The notes under the pieces are model-generated. The model worked only from the letters and a program-made list of their open reading frames with translations, was not told where the DNA came from and did no database searches. The translations under genes and the position numbers were made by a program. A stretch of DNA of 64,000 bases. It comes from Lama guanicoe. Its lineage: Eukaryota. This document shows, in pieces, positions 11,051 to 21,869 of this stretch (position 1 is the first letter of the stretch; every line of letters starts with the position of its first letter). The DNA lies in NCBI GenBank assembly GCA_013239625.1, contig MU054323.1, forward strand, positions 10,013,186-10,077,185, read 5' to 3'.

Positions 11051-12654
11051 AAATGCCAGGGGTCACAGCGGGTTGAGGTGAGGCAGGAGGAATTGGCGTT
11101 TACTTACTGTTCCATTCTCTTTGAATTCATGACGTCCCTCAGCTGTGGTTTCTTTCTGCTGTAATTGATAATACTGGTGGATCCTCCCAGGCCATGGTGG
11201 TTTTTATGATGCCCTTTATATGACTGACCCTTCCTTTGAAGGCAACTTGGGCGTAAAATTTGTTTTGCTTTTAATCTAGTGTCACCTTTGTGGCATCTCA
11301 GCACTGTGCCTCGTGCTGACTCATCCTGTGTCTGAATTGTACACTGGATCACAAAACCAGCAGAGTGCACGGCCACAGCCGTGTAAGTGGACTAGCAGGC
11401 ATTGTCCACACCGGAGCACCGTGTGGAGGAGAACACAGAATGGGTGGTGCTCTCCTGTTCAGTGCTGGCTGCGTGGTCTGAGAAAACAACGTTGACACTC
11501 ATCAGCACTGTCATGGGTGCTCATGTATTGGTGTGCGTAGCTTTTTAATATGAAAATAGTTCTGAGAGAAAGAAGGTGGTTATAAATTGCACTTTAGGGG
11601 TGAGGGATGTCAAAAGAAAAAACCCAAAAGTTGAAAATCACCTTAAGAAATTGCTGGGCCTATTCTTCCTAGGTAATAATGGCTTAAAAGGTGAGGAAAT
11701 ACCATAATTTTTGGATGCTAAAGGTTTTGTTTTTTTAAGTATTTCCTAATGGAAATAAATATGTAGGAAAACATTTTGTTACAGGGTTTCCTTTGACCTG
11801 GTTGTAGTTTAATTTGTTTGATTGAAACAGGGGCAGAGGTGTGGGTGGCCTGGCAGGACAGTTGCTGAAGTCAAAGCCAACTTGGCAGCAGCCTCAGCTG
11901 GCCCTGTGTGGGTGGTCATGATGGCCCAAAACTGGGCCACAGCTTCACAGGTTCAGACACTTAATTTTGTCCTTGTCCCTAGACTAGGGTAACTTGATGG
12001 TCAGAACATTGACCAGGCTTCCAAGAGAAATTGGAATTATTAAATGGCACATTTATTGGTAGTGAGCAAGACACGTCTCCAGTGGAGCAGTGTTCTTATT
12101 GGGGGGTGAAAAGTCTTTTTTTTGGATAAGAAAGTCACACAGTAAACACCAGTTTTATAACGGGAAGATTGATTTGACCCAGAGTGTGGAATCGGAATGT
12201 GAGAGAAGTGAATGGGGATGGTCTTCATAGCTAAGTGCAGTGGACAGAGCGTAGTCTGTACGGGAGGGGTTGGAATTCTTGGCTTCCCTGCACGCTGGTT
12301 GAATCTTCTCACTTCATACTGATCCTTCTCCTTTGAACAGGACAGTCACTGTGGATGGAATGTCGGTGTTTGGGTCTTCACAGGCATCTACCTACGACTG
12401 CTGGTTAGGGTGCATTCTCATGATTCAGGAACCATGAGTCCCACCAAATATGGTTACATGTAAGGAACAAATTCTTGTTTCAGCCAAACTTTGACTTTGT
12501 TAATCATCCTCAACCTGGCAACCCCACCACCCCTCCTTTTTTAAATTGTGGTAAAATATACTAGTTTAACCATTTTTAAGTGTGCAGTTCTGTAGCATGA
12601 AGTACATTTATGTGGTTGTTCAACTCTTCTTTATCATGATCTAGATGCTTAATT

Positions 12655-13552
12655 TTTCTTAAATTGAAGTACAGTAAATTACAATGTAGGTTTCTGGTGT
12701 ACAACATAGTGTCCCAGTCATGTGTATATATACATATATTCGATTTAATTTTTTTTATTAAAGGTTATTACAAGATACTGAACATAGTTCCCTGTGCTAT
12801 AAAGAAGAAACTTTTTAAAATCTATTTTTATATATAGTGGCTAATATTTATAAGTCTCAAACTCCCAAATTCATCCCTTCCCACCCCCTTCCCTGGTAAC
12901 CATAAGATTGTTTACTATGTCTGCAAGTCTATTTCTATTTTGTAAGTGAGTTCAGTCATTTTTTTTTTAAGATTCCATATATGAGTGATATATGGTATTT
13001 TTCTTTCTCTTTGGCTTCACTTAGAATAACGATATCTAGGTCCATCCATGTTGCTGCAAATGGCATTCCTTTTATGGCTGAGTAGTACTCTATTGTATAA
13101 ATATATCACAACTTCCTTATCCAGTCATCTGTCAGTGGACATTTAGGTTGCTTCCATGTCTTAGCTGTTGTATATAGTGCTGCTATTAACATTAGGGTGT
13201 AGGTATCTTTTTGAGTTAGAGTTCCCTCCAAATATACGCCCAGGAATGGGATTGCTGGATCATATGGTAAGTCTGTTTTTAGTCTTTTGAGGAATCTCTA
13301 TACTGTTTTCCACAATGGCTGCACCAAACTACATTCCCACCAGCTGTTTAGGAGGGTTCCCTTTTCTCCACACCTTCTCCATCATTTATTGTTCATGGAC
13401 TTTTGAATGATGGCCATTCTGACTGGTGTGAGGTGATACCTCATTGTACTTTGGATTTGCCCTTCTCTGATAATTAACGATATTGAGCATTTTTTCATGT
13501 GCCTGTTAGCCATCTGTATGTCTTCACTGGAGAATTGCTTGTTTAGGTTCTT
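12655..13552 (-). mobile_element. Lineage-specific L1 3' fragment
   Basis: Well-preserved antisense L1 (tccatccatgttgctgcaaatggcatt; ggattgctggatcatatggta; ctgactggtgtgaggtgatacctcattgt). Confidence 0.9.
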
Positions 13553-15103
13553 TGTCAACTGGCAGTCTCTTAATTAGTGATTTTTGTGGAAGGATCAGAT
13601 CTAAGAAATGAAGGTGAAAACATGAACACAATCAGTCTCTTGTGGAGAGACCAAGTTTAGGGCTGGAAGCTCAAATTCTGGGTCCCCACTGCAGAATGGC
13701 AATGGTAAATCTACTTAATTTCTTTTTTGGGTCCGTGACGGGAGATTAAAGACAATGCTGTTTGTTGCAAGGATGCTGTGAGAACCAGTGGAGCAGTGTC
13801 TGTGGGGCACTGAGCACCGAAGTGCAGCACCTGGAACAATTAATTGTTAAGTGTCTTTCAATATGGGTTGTGGGGGCACAGGTTCTAAGGGAAACTCCTT
13901 TCTGTCTCTGGCATTTTTAAGAAATTCAGACAGAGCCTTAAGGGTATGTATGCACAGTTCTCCTTTTCCACAGGTGAAAAAGTGAACTTACTCTTTTTCC
14001 TTTTCTTTAATGTATTTTTAAAATCTATTATTTAAAAAGTAACAACATTCACTGAGTAAATTTTGGAACATACCAAAAAGCATAAAGAAGGAGAGTAAAA
14101 TGTTAACAGAGATAACCGTTTGTATCTTTACGGTGTATCTCCTTTTACTCTTTTTATCTTTGCATGAGGGCACACACGTTTTTCTTATGAAACTGGAATC
14201 ATAATACATTATTCTTTGTCATGTAATGTATTGTTAATTATCCTTTGAAATTCTTGTGGTTCTTAGCATTCTACCCATGTTAAACTTGAACTTACTCTCC
14301 TGTTATAGTTTGTTATAAATAATGCTACAGTGAAATTCTTACATTTTGTATTTTTTTGGAAAGTATCCTTATGAGATATTCTTAGGAGTAGTGTTATTTA
14401 ATAAAATACATGAATAGTCTCTTCAGACTTAAGAAATGTGCCCAAATCCTTTTCCAGAAAGATTGTATTGATTTTCAACCCACAAGCAGTGTTGCTATGT
14501 TTCCACTTCATCGTGAACTTCAGGTCACCTGCTTTTTTTGTAGCTACTTGTATTTTTTTAAGAGTATTGTGGTTTCAGGTCTGTGGTTAAAGGGATTGTC
14601 TTATTTACCTGTAAAGTCTTTTTGTATATTAAAGACATTCATCTCTTGCCAAACAGATGGTACAAATATTTTTCCCCATTTGCTTTTTTTTTTTAATAAT
14701 ACTGTTTTCCTCTATAGTTTTATTGTTTTTAAGCTTAAAATATTTCCCCTAGGATGTTATTCTTTTCATTTTCTAATTGTTTTATATCTGTCTTTTTTTT
14801 TCCCACATTTCCCTCCCTAGTAACTGGCTGTGATGTATCAGTGCATTGTGAAATAAAGTAGGTTGCAGCCATCATTTTTCAAAGTAGCAAAGGTAATTAT
14901 AGAAAAGATCAGTGCATTGCACGTAGTTAAGAGTAACTTTTAGAGGGGCATATATATACTGGGTTGCAATGGAAAATGTTTGGGGGTAAGATAGAAGAAA
15001 GCTGCTGCTCTCATCCGTATGGAACTATTTTTGATGTATCTGTGAGATGAGGCTCTAACCTGGAGTTCCCCTGCATCAGTTTCTTCCACACTGTTGAATA
15101 CTC

Positions 15104-15451
15104 TACTATGGGCTGAATTTGTGTCTCTCCCAAATTCATATGTTGAAACTCTAATCCTGAATGTGGGGCCTCTGGTGGGTAATGAGTCATGAAAGGGGAG
15201 CCCTCATGATGGGATTAGAGCCCTCATAAGAAGAGACACAGCTTGCTTTCTCTGCCAGCCACTGTGTGAGGAAGCAGAAGACTGCTGTCTGCAAACAGGA
15301 AGCAGCTTCTCACCGGGTGCCAGATCTGCCGACTGCTTCTCAGCCGTCAGGACTGTGAGAAATAAATGTTTGTTTATTATTGTCTAACGTTTATTGTCTA
15401 AACCGCACAGTCTGTGGTGGTTTGTTACCAGCAGCCCAGATGGACTAGGAC
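15104..15451 (+). mobile_element. MaLR solo LTR (MLT1A-like)
   Basis: tactatgggctgaatttgtgtc...ttcatatgttgaaactctaatc start; gtgagaaataaatgtttg; ttgttaccagcagccc...gactagga end. Confidence 0.8.
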
Positions 15452-15879
15452 CCTCTTTTTCTCTCCCATAGACTTGTGCTTGCTTTGCCATAAGGTAGGT
15501 CTGTTTCAGTACTGTCTGTTCCATTCCATTGCTCTCTCTTATTGGGCTTTAGAATTTTTCTTTTAGGTGGTATGTTTATACCTCTTGGAAATATTTTCCT
15601 AAATTTTTTTTTGCCTTTTTATTCTCCCATATTACTAAGGGAAGATTCTTTGGTTGCAAAAAAAAATTAAATTGAGGCAGATTAAGCAAAAAAAAAAAAA
15701 GGAAGAAGAAAGTTTCAAAGAATCTGTGTAGTAGGCGGAAACAGCGAGGCCTCAGGAAGGGATTACAAGTGGGAGGGGCAGAACCATGGGTCCGCCCATG
15801 GTCCTTTATCTACTACCTCTACCTCCTCTCTGCTTTCCCGACCCGTCTATGGTTATAACCCAGCCACTTGCTGATTCTT

Positions 15880-16352
15880 GGGAGAGCTGACTTTCTCTGC
15901 TTCTCCAGATCCTCTCTCCACCTTTCTCCATCTGCTCTACACTCTAAGTGATCAAGTGTTACAAACTGCATCAGCCCAGCCCCCTCGCCTGGCTTCTGGT
16001 TGGGATCAGCAGATGGGTGATACTGGCAAGAGCTGGGAGGGTGGGAGGGGAGGTCTGAGTATTCGTTCCCCTGGTGAGCCCTCTGTCAGGCTGTGGTTTG
16101 GCTGGGGCTGCTGTGTTCCTCCACCTGTCTTAACCCTGCTTGGAGTCCGTAATAGTTCCACCCCTCTTTGTTTTTTTGTGGCTTCCGTGTGTCGGTTTCT
16201 TTCTTTTCTTGTCTGTCCCAGAGTGCCTCACCCTCCTCTGTTGGTTTCCTGAACTCTACCCAGACCTCTGCAAATAGTCTTTCTCTGAAACACTCCTCAG
16301 ATACCCTGTTTGAGTGTGTCATCTGTTTCCTGCTGGGAGCCTGAACCAGTCC
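15880..16352 (+). mobile_element. ERVL-type LTR remnant (LTR33-like)
   Basis: Ends in tttgagtgtgtcatctgtttcctgctgggagcctga, resembling the recalled LTR33 terminus. Confidence 0.5.
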
Positions 16353-16566
16353 ACATCGCCCATTCCTGGGAGAGACAGTCTGGCTGCATCTTGGTTCAGG
16401 TGTCTACCATGTCCAGTTACCCTGCCAGGGACAGTGTCACACCACACCGGTGACTTCTGTGAGCCCACCCTTGAGACGAGGGCAGCCTTCCTGCCAAAAG
16501 CAGAGTTCATTTCACAATGCTGTCTACTTCATAGCTCAAGTATTTTAAAAGATAAATTAAAAAAAA

Positions 16567-16648
16567 TTTTTTAGTGGAGGTACTGGGGATTGAACTCAGG
16601 ACCTCGTGCATGCTAAGCATGTGGGCCAGCACTGCACTATATCCATCC
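16567..16648 (-). mobile_element. tRNA-derived (camelid-type) SINE, short form
   Basis: Reverse complement reads ...ATGCTTAGCATGCACGAGGTCCTGAGTTCAATCCCCAGTACCTCCACTAAAA (B box GAGTTCAATCC). Confidence 0.85.
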
Positions 16649-16654
16649 ATCTCA

Positions 16655-17262
16655 TTTAAAAAATTTTAAGTTGCAAGATATACATAATGTGAAATTTACC
16701 ATTTTAACCATTTTTAAAGTCTATGGTTCAGTGGCATTAAGTACATTCGCATTGTTGAGTAACCACCACCACCCATCTGTAGAACTTTTTCATCCTTTCA
16801 ACTTGAATCTGTACCCATTAAACACTAACTCCTCTTTTCCCCTCCCCCCAGCCCCTGGCAACCACTGTTCCCCTTTCTATGAATTTGATCCTCTGTATCT
16901 CATTAAAAAATAATTTTAATCAGACAAGTAATATGGAAATACTTTTAAAAAAATTTATTGAAGTATAGTCAGTTTATAATAATTGTATCAATTTGTGTTG
17001 TACAGCATGTTTCAGTCATACATATACATACATATATTTGTTTTTATATTCCTTTTCATTATAGGTTACTATAAGATATTGAATATAGTTCCCTGTGCTA
17101 TACAGTATAAACTTGTTTAACTATTTTATGTATAATAGTATCTACAAATCTCAAAGAAATGTATCTGAACTCCTAATTTATCCCTTCCTCCCTATCTTTC
17201 CCCTTTGGTACCATGTTTATTTTCTATGTCTGTGAGTCTATTTCTGTTTTGTAGATAAGTAG
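16655..17262 (-). mobile_element. Two adjacent L1 3'-end fragments (older L1M ~16655-16905; lineage-specific ~16953-17262)
   Basis: Second piece closely resembles 12655-12950 (attgaagtatagtcagtt...atagttccctgtgctat). Confidence 0.75.
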
Positions 17263-17559
17263 AAATTCATTCTTGTAAAAAAAAAAAAAAGGACAGAACT
17301 TGACATATAAGGCTATACTAACTTTGCCCACCATGTCTGATCCCCTTCCTCCCTGCTTGCAATGGTTATATGCAGAGCTAACCACTGTTATTCTTAGAGT
17401 CTGGATTTTTCCAAACCCTTCTCTATGCATTTGCACATACACAAATGTGTTCTTAGGAAATAAGTAGTTTCTTTTCCCCCACGTAAATGGTATACTGTAA
17501 GTAGCATCCTGCAACTTGAACTTGCTTTTTATTACCCAGTGTATCTTAGAGGACTTCCA

Positions 17560-17742
17560 GCTTGGTAATGTGGAACTGCATCAGGATCAGCTGGCGGGCT
17601 GGTGAAGGCACAGGTAGCTGGGTCCCCCCTAGTGTTTCTGAGTCAGTGGGGTGGGGAGGGGCAGGGAATGTGCATCTCTAACAAGTTCCCAGGTGCCCTT
17701 GACGCTGCTGTTCTTTGAACGTACTCCCTTTTGAGAACCACT
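17560..17742. mobile_element. MER5A-like hAT DNA transposon remnant
   Basis: gcatctctaacaagttcccaggtg...gctgctg...tttgagaaccact terminus. Confidence 0.6.
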
Positions 17743-18467
17743 ACAGTGATTTTAAGCTGTTAAATCGAGGTTGTCTCCAATTTCTCAGAAAAATAAAGAA
17801 TGTTGTGGTGACCTTGTTCATGCTTCTTGTCCATATGTACCAGGGTCTTCCTGGGGTGTGTATCGAGAAGGAGAATTCTAGGTCACAAAGTATGTGTACC
17901 TTAAATTTTAGTAGATATTGTCAAATTGCCTAACAGTATGACTGTCACAGGTTACAGAGGAACTTTCAAATAATTTTCTCCCAAGTTAAAGAAAAAACCT
18001 GATGAGAATTTTGATAGGATTTGAGGTAAACCAACAGATTAAGAAAATGGATTTCATCATGGAATATTATAACATTAAAATTTGTGTTTCTCATTTGATA
18101 TGAATATAATATGATTTTTAAAAATTGGGAAATTCGACCTCCTTAGGTTGAGGTAGTTCTTTCGGAAGTAATGATCTAGTTGCTTCTTTAAGAATGTGCA
18201 TCTCTCTCTCTCTCTCGCCTTCTGAGGTGGCCTGAACTGTCTATGGATTGTATATCTACCTTTAATACCCCCTCACCCCACTATGTAGTTCTCTCAATAT
18301 AAGTCTACTTTTACTCAACTGTGGCTCGCTCTCGAATTCTTTCCTATGTGAAGTCAAGGACCCTCACTTGGCAGGGAATGTCCCAGGGACTCAACTGAGA
18401 CCTGGGACACAGCCATCCTCTCACTCCACCACCCCCTCCTCCTCTTGCTTTCTTCCTGTACCATTTT

Positions 18468-18485
18468 TGGCAACCATGAAGGGAC
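18468..18485 (+). other. Retroviral primer-binding site, tRNA-Arg type
   Basis: TGGCAACCATGAAGGGAC directly after the LTR end, close to the recalled HERV9/HERV-W PBS TGGC(G/A)ACCACGAAGGGA. Confidence 0.8.
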
Positions 18486-20014
18486 TGAAATAAAAAATTG
18501 GCTTCAAAGGGCATAATCTCAATCTGCCTTTAGGGCTATTGCTCCCCTCTCCCTGGATGGTGGAAGAGGGTTTCTCCCACGTCATGCAGATTTAGGCAGC
18601 CCCTTAGGTGGCATCTGGCGCTGCCTGCAGGATCTGACAGAGACTGATTCTTTAGCTGTGAAGGAGCCTACCAAGCCCAAGGCTTTTCTCTCCTCAGTCT
18701 TTTCTCTTTTCCCCTGTTGCTCTATCTCTTTGGACTCTAGAAGATCCAAGGAGGTGAAGACTCAGATATCCAAATTAAGACCGCATGGCAAGAAATTGAC
18801 CACCTGATTGGGTGAGTTTCCCCTCTGGCTCCTCGAGCCCAATTCCTCCTCTCTACTCTGAACCCCTGTGTGGAATTTGTTGGCGGGCACTCTCTTCACG
18901 GGCTCATAGGCTCACTGGGCCCCTGGGTGGAAGTTGTTGGTGGGCACTCCCTGTAATGGGCCTATGGATCTCTACTCCAGGAAGCAACATGGTTGTACAC
19001 CTTCCTTCTTTGCCCTGGATTTCTCTCATATCCTCCTGTGTCCTGACTTATTAGACTATATATTAATCTTTGAGCCTTCTTGCCTGCTTTGCCAGCAGTT
19101 TGAGTGTTGCCTCTTTTACTTCTGTGAACAGGTGCCCCTCCTCAGCATCACATGGACTGTATTCTAAGGGAAGATTTTGCCTTGCCTTGTGGCCCTCCAG
19201 CCCTACCCTTCAGCTCTATTTGTTTCTTTTTTCTTTCAGATAAAGGTAATCCAATTTAGTTGATTCAAGGCCTAAGTCTCTCTCCCTCTTTAAAGAATTT
19301 GGGCCCTGGGGCTCTGGTCACGTCCCCCCCCACACCTTGCTCCTCTCCTTGCCTCATCCAAAGGAGCTATCTCAGGCATGACATCCTAACTAAAATGGGG
19401 GTGACCACAAGCATCCCAAAGGACTCCCCATTAGGATACATATTAGTTAATTGGGGGAAATTTAGGATAGTTAAGGAAAAAGAAATTAACTTTCTTTTGC
19501 AATACTTTATGGCCCCAATACAAACTAGGACCAAGAGTTCTGGCCAAAAAATGGATCATTAAATTACAGTACCATCTTGCAGCTGGACCTGTTTTGCAAA
19601 AGGGAAGGTAAATGAGGGGAGGTCCCATATGTCCCAATGTTCCTGACCCTGTTCCAAGACCCAGGTCCAAAGAACTCCTGCCAGGTATGCCTGGCTCACG
19701 TCCCCTCAAAGTGCCTTCCCCCATGGGAGCTGATGTTTTAGATGACCCTCTTATGGGTCCAGCTCCCCATGCTCCACAGCTGGGAACTCCTACCTCCCCC
19801 AACTCTGAGCGGGGGACAGTCTTACAAACCATCTGCCCCTAATGCCCCATCTGAGCAGCTGGGGTCCCCAGACCCCCATGAATCAGCTCATGAATCTGGC
19901 ATTTGGAGTATTTAACAACAGAGATAGGGTTAAAGTATTCAAGGACAACAACGAAAGACAATTCTTAGCAGCAGCCCTAACCCTTGCACCACCTCAGGGT
20001 TACCCTCCCTTCTG

Positions 20015-20181
20015 TTTTATACTTTATTTTTATTTTATTTTATTTTATTTATTTTTTTGAGAGGGGAGGTAAATAGGTTTACTTATCTATTTTTTTTTTT
20101 ATTTAACGTAGGTACTGGGGATTGAACCCATGACCTCATGCATGCTAAGCAAGCAATCTACTACTGAGCCATACGTTCCCC
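20015..20181 (-). mobile_element. Full-length tRNA-derived SINE nested in ERV gag
   Basis: SINE head, B box and A-rich tail; diverged TSD gttaccctcccttctg (19999-20014) / gttaaccttcccttttg (20182-20198). Confidence 0.9.
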
Positions 20182-20576
20182 GTTAACCTTCCCTTTTGAA
20201 GACCCATGGTGAGGACAGGATCCAGGACACCTGGATCAGAGCCACTGCTTCACCAAGAAGGGACCTGTTTTAGTGTGGCCAGGAGGGCCACTGGAAGGAT
20301 GAACGCCTCGTGTATGGAAAAAGTCCACTGGGGCCCTGCCCAATATGCAAACAAGAAGGCCACTGGGAGAGGGATTGCCCCTAGTCCCAAAGGGGGCTTG
20401 AGGCTTCCAAACCATGATGGCTGAGAGGACCGAAGACTGATGGGGCCTGGGATCCTTTCTGGCTCCCAATGGACACCTTGTCATCTCTCTGGAGGAGCCT
20501 CGGGTAACCCTTGACATGGGAGGTAAGAAACTTGTCTTCTTATTAGATATGGGAGCCGCCTACTCTGTGCTAACTG

Positions 20577-20615
<39 letters not shown>

Positions 20616-21869
20616 CCTGCTTCCAAGATGGCCCGCATTCTGTCTATGGGGTGTGTAGAATGTCTCTGGGATTGGGGTGATGGCAAGTACACTGTAAGGA
20701 TGGGGATAAGTTAAACAACTAATTAGAATACAAGATGGAATGAAGTGAATGTCATTTACTTCAAAGGTGAAGTGCTGGAGGCTACAATAAAGGAGAGATT
20801 GATCTACTCACAACCTGGAATTGGAACTGAGGACTTGAGTACACTGACCCAGCCTTGAGGGAGGCCTTCTAGGAAGCAAAAGTGATTACAGTTAGTGGCA
20901 AATAGATGCTTAATAGGTGTGTTCTAAAAACTTGCAACTTGAACACTTACAACTGAGGTCCTTGATTCAGCTAAGCGGCAAATTTTTCTTACGTGTCCCC
21001 AAATGGTCCTTTCTCCCTTATTAGGCTTTCTGGGTCTAGAGCACACATGTGTGTGCTTCTTGCTTTTGCTGGAATTTGCTGAGTTTGGAGGGTGCACTTA
21101 GCACCTGGGCGCTGTCATCACGTTTTCTCTCATCCTCATCAGGCTTATCCAGATTGCCTTGGTTACTGCTTTCTCAGGTTAGAAGGACAACGGCAACGTA
21201 AGAAGCAACCACTAGGTGCCAGCCTTGCTTTGTGCAAATTTCTTCTTGTCACAGACCAGGCATCTTGAAGAAAGCTGCTCTTCCTGTGTAACCCCCCTGA
21301 TGAGTGGGGGTGTGTTTTCTGAACCCCACTGTTTCAGCTTGGCCCAGAGAAACTGAGGTGTTTCCAGCTCTCTTTCTTTTCTGGGGTCTAGGTCCCAAAA
21401 CAGAACCTTGATGGTCTCTAGCCCAGAAACATGCATCATGGGAGGGACCAAAAGTGAATCCCGACTTAGAGGAGATTGAGTCTCCAGGCTGTGGGCTGGC
21501 ACCTCTAGGTACACAGATTTGGGCAGTGCCCATGGAACAGGCAGCTGGTCTACCTCCATCCTTCCTGGACCCACCACACCCTCAACTGGACTACAAACAG
21601 CGGCCTGAAAACGCCCAGCTGACAGAGAAGCAGCAGCAGCTCTTAGTCTCTAAGAGTCACTGAGCATAGGAAGCTTGAATTGATGTATCCCTTTCTGCAT
21701 TTCCTTCACAAGTGAAGTAATAACAATAAAGCCAAAAATCAGAGAAAAATCACAATACCATACACCAGCTGCATTGATTTTTCCAGTAGATTTTGTCCGT
21801 AAAAACCATGATTTTACATTATGTCAATGACAGTGTGGGGGTAAATTTTTTTTCACTTCTTGTCCCCCC

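Larger units (their letters stand above)
18198..20656 (+). mobile_element. Defective class I (gamma-like, HERV-W/HERV9-related) ERV: partial 5' LTR, PBS, deleted gag, 5' part of pro, short LTR piece
   Basis: LTR end CA at 18463 then PBS; MA-like MGVTTSIPKDSPLGYILVNWGKF from ATG 19395; CA-like LMNLAFGVFNNRDR; two CCHC knuckles (second is CPICKQEGHWERDC); GAC TGA then protease-like EPRVTLDMGGKKLVFLLDMGAAYSVL. Confidence 0.9.

Noticed and set aside
16567..16648. tRNA-like sequences here and at 4926 and 20015
   Set aside because: They have A-rich tails (one with a TSD), degenerate stems and shared SINE-specific sequence, so they are SINEs and not tRNA genes
19395..20580. Possible domesticated gag or protease gene
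   Set aside because: Frameshifts, stops, a SINE insertion, large deletions and an altered catalytic motif (DTG to DMG)
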